Assembly: GCA_032718475.1 (NCBI GenBank)
Contig: JAUCBJ010001692.1
Span: 1 to 64,000, forward strand
Length of the DNA: 64,000 nt
Direction of reading: 5' to 3'
From: Nemertoderma westbladi
Lineage: Eukaryota > Animalia > Xenacoelomorpha
Positions 1 through 12,849 of the stretch are shown here, one piece after another. Position 1 is the first letter of the stretch. Each line of letters opens with the position of its first letter. Under the pieces are notes generated by a model. That model was not told the origin of the DNA and did not search any database. It saw only the letters and a program-made list of their open reading frames with translations. A program made the translations under genes and the position numbers.

Positions 1-2198
1 CTTGTAATACGCGTCCCTATGGAAACAATCAATAACAATTAACGATCGATCTTATTAATACAGACAGCCGCGCTGAGTCGTTGTTGGGCCGAGTGCTTTA
101 TTACTCGCTCGGTGTTCATCATGACGCCATTGGCGGCGTCTCAACAACCACTAACACACCGTCGCAGAGACGAAACGCATCCGTTACTTCGTCGGAGAAG
201 TTCATGTGACCCGGGGTGTCAATCACGTTGAGGAGGTATGACTTGCATTTTGAGTCTTGGGGAAGGAGAGAGACCGGCGTGGATTTAATGCTGACCAAAG
301 TTCCTAAAGTTCTTATAAGTTAAGATAAACTAATAAGATGACGATCAATCGATCTATATTAGGGTGGCCCAAAAAAAATGTGGAAATTCCTATGGGTTAC
401 ACCACCCCCCCCCCAAAAAAAAAAAATGTGTCAAATTGTGAAAAAATAAGCTGTTAAATTTTTTATCAATTTGGTTGAAGTCTACTGCTATCATTGGTAA
501 TGTCGCGATATGGCATTTTGCCACTAGAAACACAATCATTTATTTAGTGGGGGTAGGTGAGACTAAAACTGTAAAATAGAATATTTCTGAGGTGTATGCC
601 ATTTTTTTCTCAAATTTTTACAGTATATCACCTTATTATTCAAATTACTTGTATTTTGGGTAATTCGTAGGACCCAAATCTCCAGTAAAAACGTAGCGTC
701 AGCCTTCTCATTAAAATTGTGGAGCACCTCCAGCCAGATCGTCAAGAAGAAGAATGTTACAATTATTGTATTAGGCCTGTGGCCTACAGTACCATATAGG
801 TGAGGTACTTCTCGCTGTCACTCTGCACTGGCTTAATTCAATTACCGGTATTATAATGTACAGTTATATGTACTCTAGGGTACTACTCTACTGTCTTACT
901 GTTTACAAACATAGTATTCATTCATTGTGTTTATAATCAAATTAAATTGATACACAGTATAATTAGGATCAGGTAAAAACTGCCCAGCACAAATATAAGC
1001 GTAAAATAGAGTAATTATGTAGTTGAAATTAGACAGTAAAAATAAATGGCGATGCACGATGATTGATAAATGTTGCATATACTAACTAATAAGAATTACC
1101 AAATAGGTCATCCGATATTATATTAACATAGTAGTAAAATGAACTGCGTAAGGCTAGGTCATTTGCATCCTTCCAATGATGAACCGGCTTTGTGTAAGCA
1201 GATGTATAGTCTAGTACAAAGATATCCGGTAGTAGTGATGGGTTCGGATTTGACAGTGTTCAATAGAGAATAATTAAGACGACTTTCATGCATTCTTAAT
1301 GGTGTCCGAACCTCTTTCGCACAAGCCCGAGCTTATTCTGGAAAGTCAGACCATTGATCCCATAACAATCCCTTATGATTTGACAGTCTACAGTAGTAAA
1401 TCATCGATTGAACATGAGTCCACTGAGATGCGGGATGCAAGCTCATATTTCGCATACTGATAATTCAGGAAGTTGAACATCATTGGGAGGGCTGCAACTT
1501 GCCTGGCATTCTCATATGCGCTACCAAGGCTAATCGGCATTCTATAGTACAAATTGTTTATTGACATACAGTACTAAAGTACTGGTAATTCTATTTTACA
1601 CATTGTAGTCTACAGCCTGTCTGTACCTGTCGATATCCGTACCGGTCCCGGTATAAACAATTTAGTTTCATTTTCTTAATGTGTAAGCTGTATGATGAAA
1701 AATTAGTTTAAAAAAATACTTTTTTTACTAAATTTCCACAAAATTAGTTAAAAAAATACTTTTTAAAACTAATTTTCCGGATAATTAATGAAAAAACGTT
1801 AAAAAGATTAATTAACCCAATTTTAAAAATAATAGAGAGAAAACGAGCTTTTTTCAAATAAAATGTTCTTTTTTTTCAAACTTGTCAACGAATTTTACAA
1901 AAAAGTGACTTACAAAAAAATAAATAAAGTCTTATTTTATGAACAATGACGTATATAGTTAATATGACAAATAAGATAACATTAAGTTGTCATGAAATTT
2001 GCCAAAGTTTTAAAAAACTTTCTAGAATAAAAAATATTTGTTCTACCAGTCCATTGAATAATTAAAAAGGCCTTCTTCAATAAATAATTATGCTTTACTG
2101 CAGTACTTAGGTATGTAGTCAGCTAACTAAAATAGCTGAAAGGATTAAAAGTGCACTGATAAGCATACAATGCACCAGAAGGCCGATGTCGTCACAGG

Positions 2199-4214
2199 AT
2201 GGAACGGGATAATTATGTGGCATGTATTCGTAGTCTATTTTCAATGCTAAAATTGACATGTGCCTACATAGATGACAATTGTACAGCAAAATTACAAGAA
2301 ATCCACAATAAATTAGAACAACACAACATAAAATATGGAAGGTTGGTAACATATGTAGTAATACAGTGTAATTTACAAGAGATATCAGATACTGCCAGGG
2401 ATTTAAATCTGGAAGAATTACTTAATAAATGGGAGATGCTTTTAAGGAAACAACTTGATATATTGAAGAATCATAGTCCCAGTCCGCAGATACACCACTT
2501 GGAAAGTTTACATAATCTTGACAGTGAACTCGATAAATTTGCTGAAACATGGACAAACGAACTTATAGAAATAACGGCGAGAATTCTAAAAACTAGTCCA
2601 GGTGAGCACCGCCGCTGGGTAAACAGTTCAGATGGGGCGTGGGTTCTTGCAACAGTACAAAGTCATCCGGCCTCCATACTTGAGCCATTCCCGAACAGTA
2701 TGCAAGCAGAAGTACCGCATGTCACCTTACCAATAATAAACACTCAGATTAGGCAACAGCAAATGGTTCAAACTCAACCTATGCAACAGGGAACACTTCA
2801 AACTCAACCTATGCAACAGGGAACACTTCAACCTAGGCAACAGGGAGCATTTCAAACTCAACCTATGCAACAGGGAACACTTCAAACTCAACCTATGCAA
2901 CAGGGAACACTTCAACCTAGGCAACAGGGAGCATTTCAAACTCAACCTATGCAACAGGGAACACTTCAACCTAGGCAACAGGGAGCATTTCAACCTATGC
3001 AACTGGGAGCACTTCAAACTATGCAACAGAGAGCATTTCAACCTATGCAACTGGGAGCACTTCAAACTATGCAACAGAGAGCAATTCAACCTATGCAACT
3101 GGTAGCACTTCAACCTAGGCAACAGGGAGCACTTCAACCTAGGCAACTGGTAGCATTTCAACCGAGGCAACTGGGTGCACCTCATACTCAGCAGTTACCC
3201 CCAATATGCACAAATACTGGTATGGTAGGATTGGATCATATTTCGTTAGGAACTTCTTGTGAAGAACAAGGGGCTAGGCCAAAGCATACACATGTGCCAA
3301 CACATTTACCAACTTATTCGGGAGAGAGAGACCTATTACAAGAAAACATAACATTTTTTGGTCGGTGTGTAAATAAGTTTAATGAACGATTTGCTTACAT
3401 TGAACCTAATGTCAAACACGCAGATTTAACACAACCTCTGTACTTCGCAAAAAACAGAGTACATATTGGTAATCATGGATTAATACCGGAAGCAAACACA
3501 CAGCTTTTATTCCAGTTTAAATATACTATTTCTGGAGCACGATGGGTCTCATGTGTTACATTAAAGGATGACTACACATGTAGTGCATCTCGAATGATTA
3601 ATATGAATAAAGAAGCTGTTGACATAAATGGAACGGTTCAAGGACCATTGGATGACGAGATTATAGCTGATAATACAACATATACCGGGCTAGTGCAGTT
3701 AATTAAGAAAGGTGATGTTGGTTTTTGGAATACTATTCCGGTAGTAGATGACATGGAACTCTGTGCCTGTTATCGTAAGAACACTTATTGCAGTAACGTC
3801 CATATTAATGGACATAAGGATGAGAGAGTGGTGGACCAACAACTTGTTAAATTTCAGATGAATTCTCAAAATGGATACGACAGAGTTACAGTGGCTACGG
3901 TTGCAGGTGACTTTAAATGCAGAGCAGCACGGAAGATAAACAGGAACCTAAATTATATTGAAGAAGTAAATCTAGGACACACAGAAGATGCCTATAAGTT
4001 GTTCGCTAATAAACTATATACTGGCAGATTCAATTACTCTTCATTCAATGGTAGACCAGATTATTTTGGATATATTTCTCCAATAATTGATGGGAAAGAA
4101 CTGTGTAGATGTTACGGAGTATGGGTTTGTCGTGGCAAGACAATTATTGACAATATGACATATATGGAAAATAAAACTGTTGAATTTTACTTCCAATATG
4201 ACCGAAATAAATAA
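2199..4214 (+). CDS. 671-aa ORF: helical N-terminus, Gln-rich repeat tract, three tandem C-terminal repeats resembling cold-shock/OB-fold domains
   Basis: Long uninterrupted ORF in AT-rich DNA. Three related segments begin FFGRCV..FAYIEP, YTGLVQ..VGFWNTIP and YTGRFN..FGYISP and have a late (V/L)xF strand, like the CSD pattern. The domain call is by eye only. Confidence 0.55.
   Translation: MERDNYVACIRSLFSMLKLTCAYIDDNCTAKLQEIHNKLEQHNIKYGRLVTYVVIQCNLQEISDTARDLNLEELLNKWEMLLRKQLDILKNHSPSPQIHHLESLHNLDSELDKFAETWTNELIEITARILKTSPGEHRRWVNSSDGAWVLATVQSHPASILEPFPNSMQAEVPHVTLPIINTQIRQQQMVQTQPMQQGTLQTQPMQQGTLQPRQQGAFQTQPMQQGTLQTQPMQQGTLQPRQQGAFQTQPMQQGTLQPRQQGAFQPMQLGALQTMQQRAFQPMQLGALQTMQQRAIQPMQLVALQPRQQGALQPRQLVAFQPRQLGAPHTQQLPPICTNTGMVGLDHISLGTSCEEQGARPKHTHVPTHLPTYSGERDLLQENITFFGRCVNKFNERFAYIEPNVKHADLTQPLYFAKNRVHIGNHGLIPEANTQLLFQFKYTISGARWVSCVTLKDDYTCSASRMINMNKEAVDINGTVQGPLDDEIIADNTTYTGLVQLIKKGDVGFWNTIPVVDDMELCACYRKNTYCSNVHINGHKDERVVDQQLVKFQMNSQNGYDRVTVATVAGDFKCRAARKINRNLNYIEEVNLGHTEDAYKLFANKLYTGRFNYSSFNGRPDYFGYISPIIDGKELCRCYGVWVCRGKTIIDNMTYMENKTVEFYFQYDRNK
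2757..3180 (+). repeat. Coding minisatellite (24/30-nt units; QPMQQGTLQ / QPRQQGAF)
   Basis: Repeated caacctatgcaacagggaacactt / caacctaggcaacagggagcattt units that keep the frame. Confidence 0.9.
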
Positions 4215-4360
4215 ACTAAGGTTTGCACCACGGATGGAGGTCATTTAAATAGATTATGTTAAGAGATAAAAGCCTATGAGCACGAAATAGTGTAATCGTC
4301 GTTTTCTTAAGATATTTCAATTATAATAGGTCTGTTAACAACGGACTCATGACCCGCCCT

Positions 4361-4400
4361 GGTACACTGATGAGGCCTGTTAGGCCTAAACGTGCGTATA
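4361..4400 (+). ncRNA. Degenerate minimal hammerhead ribozyme-like motif (Penelope-type)
   Basis: CTGATGA-GGCCT-gtt-AGGCC-TAAA-cgtgcgta: the first core box, stem II and a short stem III are present, but GAAA is mutated to TAAA and stem I is poor. Confidence 0.4.
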
Positions 4401-5039
4401 GCGCTGGTTCAACCCCCGGTGACGCGCTTTCTCATTTTTTCCTCTTCTGAACAAACCCATAATATTACAGCTTTAGTGAATTTCGAATTAATTGACTTAA
4501 ATTGAAAGAATTAATTGACATTCGTAGATTGATATTCGCTGATATGAGTTTGCAGAAATTTGATCTAAGTGAATTCAACTATGACACAAAAAATGGAATA
4601 ACTATTCCGTATTTACTCGAATAAGAGCCCCCCCCCCCCCCCCCCCCGCCCTCGAATAAACTCCCCCTCGAATTAACGCCCCCTTTACCATCCAATTATA
4701 CAGTAGCAACTTAAACGACTTCTCCGAATAAACGCCCTGCCGTTTAAAAATATTACAATGTGGGGCGTTAACATTGTTGAGAGTTTACTGATTGTTAAGA
4801 TTGAAGGTAAATGTAGTAGGGTGTTGGTACCGCAGTAATAGGCTGTGTGTAATAAAGATAATCCTGGTTTTATTTCAATTATTTCATTTGTTTAATGGTA
4901 ATAATAATAATAAAATTTTTATATAGCGCTAAATTTACGTCTATAGTACACTAAAGCGCCTAGGACTAAGTACAGAAAATGTAAGCTTTAAAAAAAGTGT
5001 TAATTAAAATGAGCTTAAAATGGTGAAAAGTGGCATATG

Positions 5040-5900
5040 AATCAGTCAGTTTAAAAATTACTTATTAAAGGCTTCCCTAAAAGGATGAGTCTTAATATCC
5101 GTTTTAAATTTCAATGTGTTCCCTTCTGGAAAGCGTAGTCGTGGACGACCGGCCATAACATATATAGATCAACTTGAAAGGGATACTGAACTTGGGAGAA
5201 ACGAAATTGCGACAACTATGGAGAATCGGGAAGCCTGGAAGGATCTCATTTCCACTGCCCGAGTTCGCTCGACCTAGTAGTAGTAGTCCCTTCTGATCGC
5301 AACTCGTGAAGGAGTTTATTCCATAGAGTTGGTGCGGCGACTCTGTAGGCCCGACGTCCGTATGATGCACACTTGTAATGGGGTGTAATGAGCTTTGGTG
5401 CTGTTTGGCTCTGTCTCCGTATGTTGTATCTATTATTTAGTGCAATGTGAAGCATTTTCTTTACATATTCAGGGCCATTACCAATGAGAATCTTGTGTGT
5501 TATCAGAAGAATTTTGTACTGCACTCTGTGTGTAACAGGAAACCAGTGTAATTCTTCTAGAACTGGAGTTATGTGGTCGTATTTGTGGATCGATCGTAGC
5601 AGAGTCGGGCAGCAGGGTTTTGGACTAACTGCAGCTTATTTAGGTGTTTTTTAGCGATTCCAAAGAGCAAGCTGTTGCAGTAATCAATTCTACTAGTTAC
5701 GAAGGAGTGAACTAGAGTCTTCATTGCGGTTTAAGAAAGAAATCTTCTGATCTGACTGATTATGGTTGTGGATGTGGTAGAAGGCCGTTTTGCAAGTTTT
5801 GGAAATAAAGTTTCCTATAGTCATGTTGTTGTCGAACCACACACCCAAATTCTTGACTGCCTTCGCAAGTTTGATCCTGAACTTCCCCCATTGATTAATT
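5040..5900 (-). mobile_element. L2/CR1-group LINE ORF2 3' fragment (degraded)
   Basis: Minus-strand translation [54 protein letters not shown], typical of the L2 C-terminus. Boundaries are approximate. Confidence 0.8.
5129..5286 (+). mobile_element. 5'-truncated RTE-clade LINE 3' end inserted into the L2 fragment
   Basis: Encodes GKRSRGRPAITYIDQLERDT..MENREAW, ends in a (TAG)n tail and is flanked by a 9-bp TSD tcccttctg (5120-5128 / 5287-5295). Confidence 0.8.
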
Positions 5901-6141
5901 TCACTTTACTGAGTTGCTGTAACAATAATCTTGATAATCTTGGTGCGTATAAATATACAACATAATAATGTCCAATTAGTGCAATTAGTAACAAATATAC
6001 AGTATGTATAGTGTATACTGTATATAAGGTGCATTAATGTAGCTGCAGACTGCTACCGGTACCGGCAGCAGTAGTTACATAGGAACAACTCTCTGTGTGT
6101 GCTGTAACTTATGTTTTTTCTGTTGTAAACCATATACCGGA

Positions 6142-6176
6142 CAGCTAGAAAAAGGCCTGTGGCCGAAATATTGCTG
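6142..6176 (+). ncRNA. Degenerate minimal type I hammerhead-like motif (Penelope-type tail)
   Basis: cagc-tagaaaaa-ggcc-tgt-ggcc-GAAA-tatt-gctg: stem I, stem II, GAAA and a tiny palindromic stem III are present, but the CUGANGA box is degenerate. Confidence 0.4.
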
Positions 6177-7838
6177 GAATACTCAACTTAATTATTCTCA
6201 GTGGGTCACTAGTAAAAAGATCTTCACACCCGTCTACTATATCAAATCTTGATTTTTGGTCGCTGAGCTTTCATTTAATCGGACATGTTGACATCTATTG
6301 GTGAGGAAGGATTTGAAACAATTAACTTGTTTTCTTGAATTTAACAACATTCTTTATTAGGGTATTTAAATTCAAAATGCTGAAAATCTAGAACATAAGC
6401 ATAAACCCCCCCACTCGAACTACACAATTTGGAACTTATACGCCTTTCCTGTATCAACGCCCCCCTCAAATAAATGCCTCCCCAATTTGCAATTTATAAA
6501 CTTAAACGTCCATCCTCTTATTCGAATAAATACGGTAATTAAGATATTTAATACTGTATGATGACTGAAGTGATTGTTTGAACAGACATTAATTTAATGC
6601 AATAATTTTTCTCATCCGTTTAAATCACCCATAATGTCCTTTTATTTTTACTTTTTATGTCCGCCGGTAATTTACGGTTAGGTTCCATGCTACTGGTTTC
6701 TCTACTGCTGTTCTCTTTAGGATCCATCAGTACTGGTATTAGTATATCTGTATTTTGCAGTATTGCTGTATTGTATGTAGGTATAAAGCCTATGCCTTAA
6801 AAATAAATATACTGTATACTACATTACAGCATTAGGTACTGACTCACTGATTCTGTGATATGTACTGTTGTAAATATGATAGGCCTAAATTGTGATAAAG
6901 GAATATGATAAAGGTAATATATTAACTACGGTAATTTCAGAATTTTACTACCGGCACCAGTACTGCTGTAGGCCTACTCGCCGGACTGGGTAAAAAACTT
7001 GCCTACTCACCAGTATGTAAGCCACGACTTCCGGATCTAATCCCGGCATTCGCGTTACCCTAGGGTATCACCTACGCTATCTCTCCCAGCATGGCCTATA
7101 GTATGTTCACTATGACCTAAAGTATGTGGTATGTCCTGCAGTCTGAATGTGGTCCTCTGTACCGAAGTTTAATCTTCTCGAATATTCTGAGAACTCCTCC
7201 CCGCGACTACCATATCGTCGTTCAGCAGTTACTGCATTAACCCCCTCAACCGGGTATACATATCATCCTGCATTCTTTTACCGACTCTCTCTCTCTCTCG
7301 GTCCTCTCTAATACTCCGATCAGCTAACTCTGCTCTTTTCTTGCATCTTGTTCTTTACGCTCGTTCACTTATCTTGCCTCTCGTTCTTTATGCTCATTCA
7401 CTTCCCTCGCAACCCTTTCTCTATACTCGTCTGCTTCGGAAGCAGGACAATTCGGTCCGGGCAATTCGGTCCGGACAATTCGGTCCCGGACAATTCGGTC
7501 CCGGACAATTCGGTCCCGAACAATTCGGTCCCGGACAATTCGGTCCCATTAATTTTGTGTTTTGGGACCGAATTGTCCGGGACCAAATTTAATCGGTACT
7601 ATAAATGGTGAATGTTCTAGAACCTTAATATATATTATTATATGGTTGCTAGTGTTTTTTTTTACTAGCTAGTATTTTTTTGAAAATAAAAAAAATTTTA
7701 CTTTTTTTGTTAACATTATTAGTTATGGTAGCTATGGTGTTTTTATGGAGCTTGTGAATTATTTACTAGCTAGGAATAGTATGTATGTAAAATGTTTAAA
7801 ACTGATTTTTTTTATATATTGCGTATGTATACTGTATG

Positions 7839-9809
7839 TCGTGGGGCGGGTGGTAAAACGTCCTAACTTTTTACTTATGGTGGTAAGTTGTCCTAAGTCA
7901 AACAAAACTAATTACGTAAGTGAAACATAGGACGTTTTGTCAAGTTTAATGTCCGCCCACCAGGAAGTATCCATTACTATTAATAGGTAGTATTTGTTGC
8001 TGAGAGGCATTAGTGATTCCGGAAAGACCAATGTCGCGTCACACTAATAATATTATGAGATTTTTAACCTAAAATATCCAATACAATAATTTAATTTTAC
8101 ATTCAGGAAAAGTCTGACGGTGGCAATTGTATAGTACTTACCGGTGTCCCAGTTGAAATTGCCCAAATGTAATATATGCATCAACCCCGGTCATAATCGC
8201 CTTGGGCATTATGCCCCCTCCACTGGGCATAATCGTCTCTAGTCCGTAGTGCCCCCTATGGGCAAAATCTTCTAAGGCGAATTTGCCACATAACTACTAC
8301 TATTAATCGGCCTACTGCATTGAATCTGCACATTTCGAAACATTTTGTCACCACCATGCAATTAACAATTGGCAAACCCAATGCAGAGTGCATTAAGAAT
8401 GCTACGCCGATTATTCGATATACGATGCGATGCGAGATTATCGGCATCCTCAAGGCCAGTGTGTTTCCTTTGAGATTCATCTCGCGAAAGCCATGGTCTG
8501 TCCACCATGCTTATTTTCTCCACGAGGCCACCAAAGCACAAGTTTGCGCACAGGATGTTCCTCACGCTGTAAGCAATGTCCTATAATGTGGAGGCGGCGC
8601 CGTTGAATTGTCAAGCTAGGGGAGAGTAATGAGACACCTCCAACGTTATATAAGTGTCTGATTGGATATCTGTGCATTGTATTTGATTCCGAATGTGATA
8701 TGGATACTATGTAGCTTTTAAATATTTTTATCTTTTAAATAGCCTACTTGGTAACCTGTTTCTTTCCTTCAATATAATTTGATCGTTTATTGTTTTGGTT
8801 AGAAAAGCGTGCCCCTGTAACCTGCTCATTTGCATGTATTGTTAATGAGATCTTATATAGTTTTGATTATAAAAGGCTGCCCCTGTAACCTGTCATTTCA
8901 TGTATTGTTAACGAGATTGTTTATTGTTTTGGTTAGAAAAGACAGTCCCTCTAACCTGCGCGTTCATTTCCTTGAATTGGTAAAAAGTTTTGGTTTGCAT
9001 TGGTTAGTTACTGAAAACTCCTGTATTGTATTGTTAACGAGATTGTTTATTGTTTTGGTTAGAAAAGACAGTCTCTCTAACCTGCGCGTTCATTTCCTTG
9101 AATTGGTAACAAGTTTTGGTTTGCATTGGTTAATAACTTAAAACTGTCAAATGGGGGTGGGGGGGGGGGGGGGGGATACTCGGGAAGGGGCACTAGGCGC
9201 TAGGCCAAAAGTATTTACTAAAGTGCACCAAAGCAAAATTGCCCCCACCACCACCCCCCCCCCCCCCCCCCCGGGCAATCTCGCCTGGGGGGCATTTTCG
9301 CCTAAGACACCAGTACATTAGAAAATTTAAATTGCTATTCATCCTACTAGCAGTAGATAGACCGGACTTAGACACGATTAGTACCGAACAATTATTTATA
9401 ACTTTTGATTAAATTTATTCTTGTATTTAAACAAGAACCGAAATTATAATGGGGGCGCATTCATATAGTATCGGATCATAGTTACTATCGGTACATAACC
9501 TGCACCGGTTAATAGAGAATAGAGTAATAAGTAAGCAATAATACGTAGTGATAAGTTTGTAAAATGTCCTATGTCACATTAAAATTGAAATTGGTAAAAC
9601 GTCCTATGTTGCAAATTTGTCAAAAAACCCTACCAGAAGGCTATGTATCTATATTTCTGGTATCAGAAAACGATCTAACACCCTTTTTTATGTTAGAAAA
9701 TGAAATAAAACAGAATAAATTTGCAGTTTTGTTGAAATATTCAACAAAAATACGTGTTTTCTCCAAACTACATTTTTAGACTTAGGACGTTTTACCACCC
9801 GCCCCACGA
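7839..9809. mobile_element. Nested non-autonomous TIR element, superfamily uncertain
   Basis: 28-bp perfect inverted repeat tcgtggggcgggtggtaaaacgtcctaa at both ends. Confidence 0.7.
8362..8690 (-). mobile_element. RTE-clade LINE 3' fragment
   Basis: SLTIQRRRLHIIGHCLQREEHPVRKLVLWWPRG, typical of the RTE ORF C-terminus. Confidence 0.65.
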
Positions 9810-12800
9810 TGTGTTGTTAGTTGGTTAACAAGCCTAAATTATTATCCTACATAATAGCTGGATCTCATTCAGGGACTGTTATAATATCATCAATATTTTT
9901 GGTAATTAATATAATCAGCAACAGTTTAGGCCTAATTCTGAAATATCAATGTTTTCACAAGTGTTTTTATAATTTCAAGGAAATACTACCTAGTAAAAAA
10001 AACACTAGCTACACCTTAATAAATAATATATAATAATGTTCTCGAACACTTACCAATAACAAAAATAAAAAAACATACAGTATTTTTAAAATTTCAAAAA
10101 ATTATAGCAACTAACACTAGCTACCATAAAAGTATCTCTACTAATGTTCTAGAACATTCACCAATATCAAAAAAGCACTAAAAAGTTGCTATCAGGAACC
10201 GGAAAATTCGGTCCCGGACAATTCGGTCCTAGGACAATTCGGTCCTAGGACAATTCGATCCTAGGACAATTCGGTCCTAGGTCAATTCGGTCCCGGACAA
10301 TTTGGTCCCGGACAATTCGGTCCTAGGACAATTCGGTCCTAGGACAATTCGGTCCTAGGTCAATTCGGTCCCGGACAATTCGGTCCCGGACAATTCGGTC
10401 CCATTTATTTAGTGTTTTGGGACCGAATTGTCCGGGACCGAATTGTCCTACATCCGTCTGCTTCCCTAGCAGCCCTCTCTCTATACTCTCGCCACCTGCT
10501 CGGCTCTTTCTTTACATTCACTCGCTAACTCCCTTTCCCTTTCTAACAACGCAGTCCCCTCATCCAACTGTCTCTCTAACTCCTTTTGGTCCAACGCAAC
10601 TATGTCTAACTAACGCCAGATCTATTTCTAACACCCTTCTTTCTTTGGGGATGTACACTATATACTGTACGGCATTATCCCCGATCGCCACAATTCAAAC
10701 AGTTCTGTGGCGAATTCTCTCGCCCTCTCATTCGCCAACTCGCCCTGCCTTAATCGGGCTAAATAGTGAAAGTGTTTATTGCACTCACCGAGTCTGCGGT
10801 TTAACTTGGGTTCATATATCTTTCCTCCTTTCTTGGCGTCGTTGAGGATTACACCATACCATCTCCCTTAATACACCAATGGAATGCTCAGTAAACTCGT
10901 TGTATAGTAGCTCAGTGTGGGATTTTCTTAGTCCGGTATTCATTTTAAGTAACCACATTATTATATACTCGGATACATCTCTATATAGTTCCCAATTTTC
11001 ATTTAAATGGGGGGGGGGGGGGGGGGGTGGGGTAACCCCCCCCCCCCCTCACCCCCTGAATACAATTTCATATCTTTTTGCATCTACAGCTGAATTTAAT
11101 GGGGATTGCAGACCTGAAAACCGCTTAGAAAGCCCCCTTTTAGTTTTTGAGGTATCGTGGAATATATGTCTCACAATCTGTCTGTGAAAATGTAAGATAG
11201 ACAACCGGCGGACGGCAGACTTCAAGACATCCTCGCCGTTCTATCATCCCCGTCAACCGACGGAGAAAGTTCTCATACAGACTCATCCCGAAGATTCCAA
11301 CAAATATTAAAACTAACATCTGAAGTTATATCAGCGACCCCGAAAACCCCTGTAAATATAATTTAAGCTCGGTGGTCGTGGTATGCATCCTTCCAACTAT
11401 CCCATTTACTATTAACCAACCAGACCCCATACTGGCAATTTTGGGGGGAAGGTTTGAACTTGAAAGTATTTATCTCTGAATGACATATTTTCACACGAAA
11501 AATACTACCGTTTTTTGTAATTTTTTATTTATATTAAAGGTAATTTCATAAGCTTAAATAAATTCCGGCTAGTTTTCTTGATTACATAATATTTCCAATA
11601 TTGCAAATGATCAGAAATAGAAAATTAAAACACAAAAAGTGGCCGAAAATGAACATGCTGTTTCAAAAAATGTGGTATCGAAAAATACCCCAACCCCCCC
11701 CCCCCCCCCCTTGGGGGGTATTTTTCCCTCACCCTCACAGGCTACTGTCGCCGGCAAACTAACTACAGCCTTCTAAACAACGTACATTATTGATCGGTTG
11801 TGTAGGAACCAGCCCAGGCTTTCCTACTCCGAGGGTTTAAAACAACAGGAAAAACAACAATGGGGAAACAAATGTTCCTGCCCAAGCGTTAAATAACCGG
11901 GAAAATAACTCAATAATAGGGTAATAAGTGTGTTATTCCCCATTACCTTCACTCATCTACGGGTAATTTATTGATTAGGCTTCAACATTTTCTAAAAGGG
12001 TTTTGTTTGGGGGAGTTGATTAAAAATGGGGCTTTGCACGTAATCCCTGGCCTAACGCCCGAATAAAAGTTTAACTTTTTTTATTTATTTTTCATTTATT
12101 GTTTTGGTTAGAATAACTTGCCATTGTAAACAGCTCATTTCCCTTAATTTAACATTGAGACGAAATATGAATTCGCCGAGATGGGATTTGCGCCAAAAAA
12201 CGGCAAAAAACTAGCATATGTTCTAGAAGGTAATCTTTTTTTATGTGTACCCATGACCATATTTTTTTTACTATAGCTAGTTTTTGCTACTTTATTTTAG
12301 AACTATTCTATTTCATGTTAGCTATTATTAGGTAAAAAAATTATGTTCTAGAACAAATATTGTTTGTTCTAGAACATTTTTATATAAAAAAAATTAATTA
12401 AAAATTTATTATTATGTGTAATAAATTGTTTATTTATCTACAAACATTAAAAAATACATATTATCAGGCTAGCTAGTGATTTTCCAAATTAGCTAATTTT
12501 CCAAATTATTTAAAAAAAAATCAAATAAAAATATTTCTTAAAAATTGTTAATTATGTGTAATAAATTAATTATTTGTTTTATATTATTTTAGATTACTTT
12601 GCATAAGAATTGTTACTAAATTATGAAAATAATTAAATATCGAAGCACAAAATGATGATTACTGAACAAAAGTTATGTTATGTTACATGGGATCTAAGTC
12701 GTTCACTCTCAGTTTCTATGCGGTCTCGTCAGCACTCATCGGGGTCTCTTTTAGTTTGTTAATGGCAGCGAGTTTATCTTCCGCTGTCGTCCCATTGGTT

Positions 12801-12849
12801 ACTCCGTTAGTTACCGTTTCGATGATCTTAGCCACGCTCAGAGAGGTCT

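Larger units (their letters stand above)
4607..6535. mobile_element. Non-autonomous TIR DNA transposon (Tc1/mariner-pogo-like CCGTA termini) carrying later LINE insertions
   Basis: Left end ccgtatttactcgaataagag; right end ctcttattcgaataaatacgg followed by TA. Confidence 0.7.
7438..10455. mobile_element. Non-autonomous Mutator-like (MULE) element with 15-bp subterminal tandem arrays
   Basis: Termini GGAAGCAGGACAATTCGG / CCGAATTGTCCTACATCC; perfect 9-bp TSD gtctgcttc (7429-7437, 10456-10464); ggacaattcggtccc arrays at about 7446-7590 and 10201-10448. Confidence 0.8.

Noticed and set aside
1-2100. Possible TE end (tagggtggccc at about 360) and coding-like stretch at about 1150-1540
   Set aside because: No matching inverted end, TSD or recognisable protein motif was found
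7341-7611. ORFs with GPGQF / PDNSV repeats
   Set aside because: They are translations of the 15-bp subterminal array of a DNA transposon
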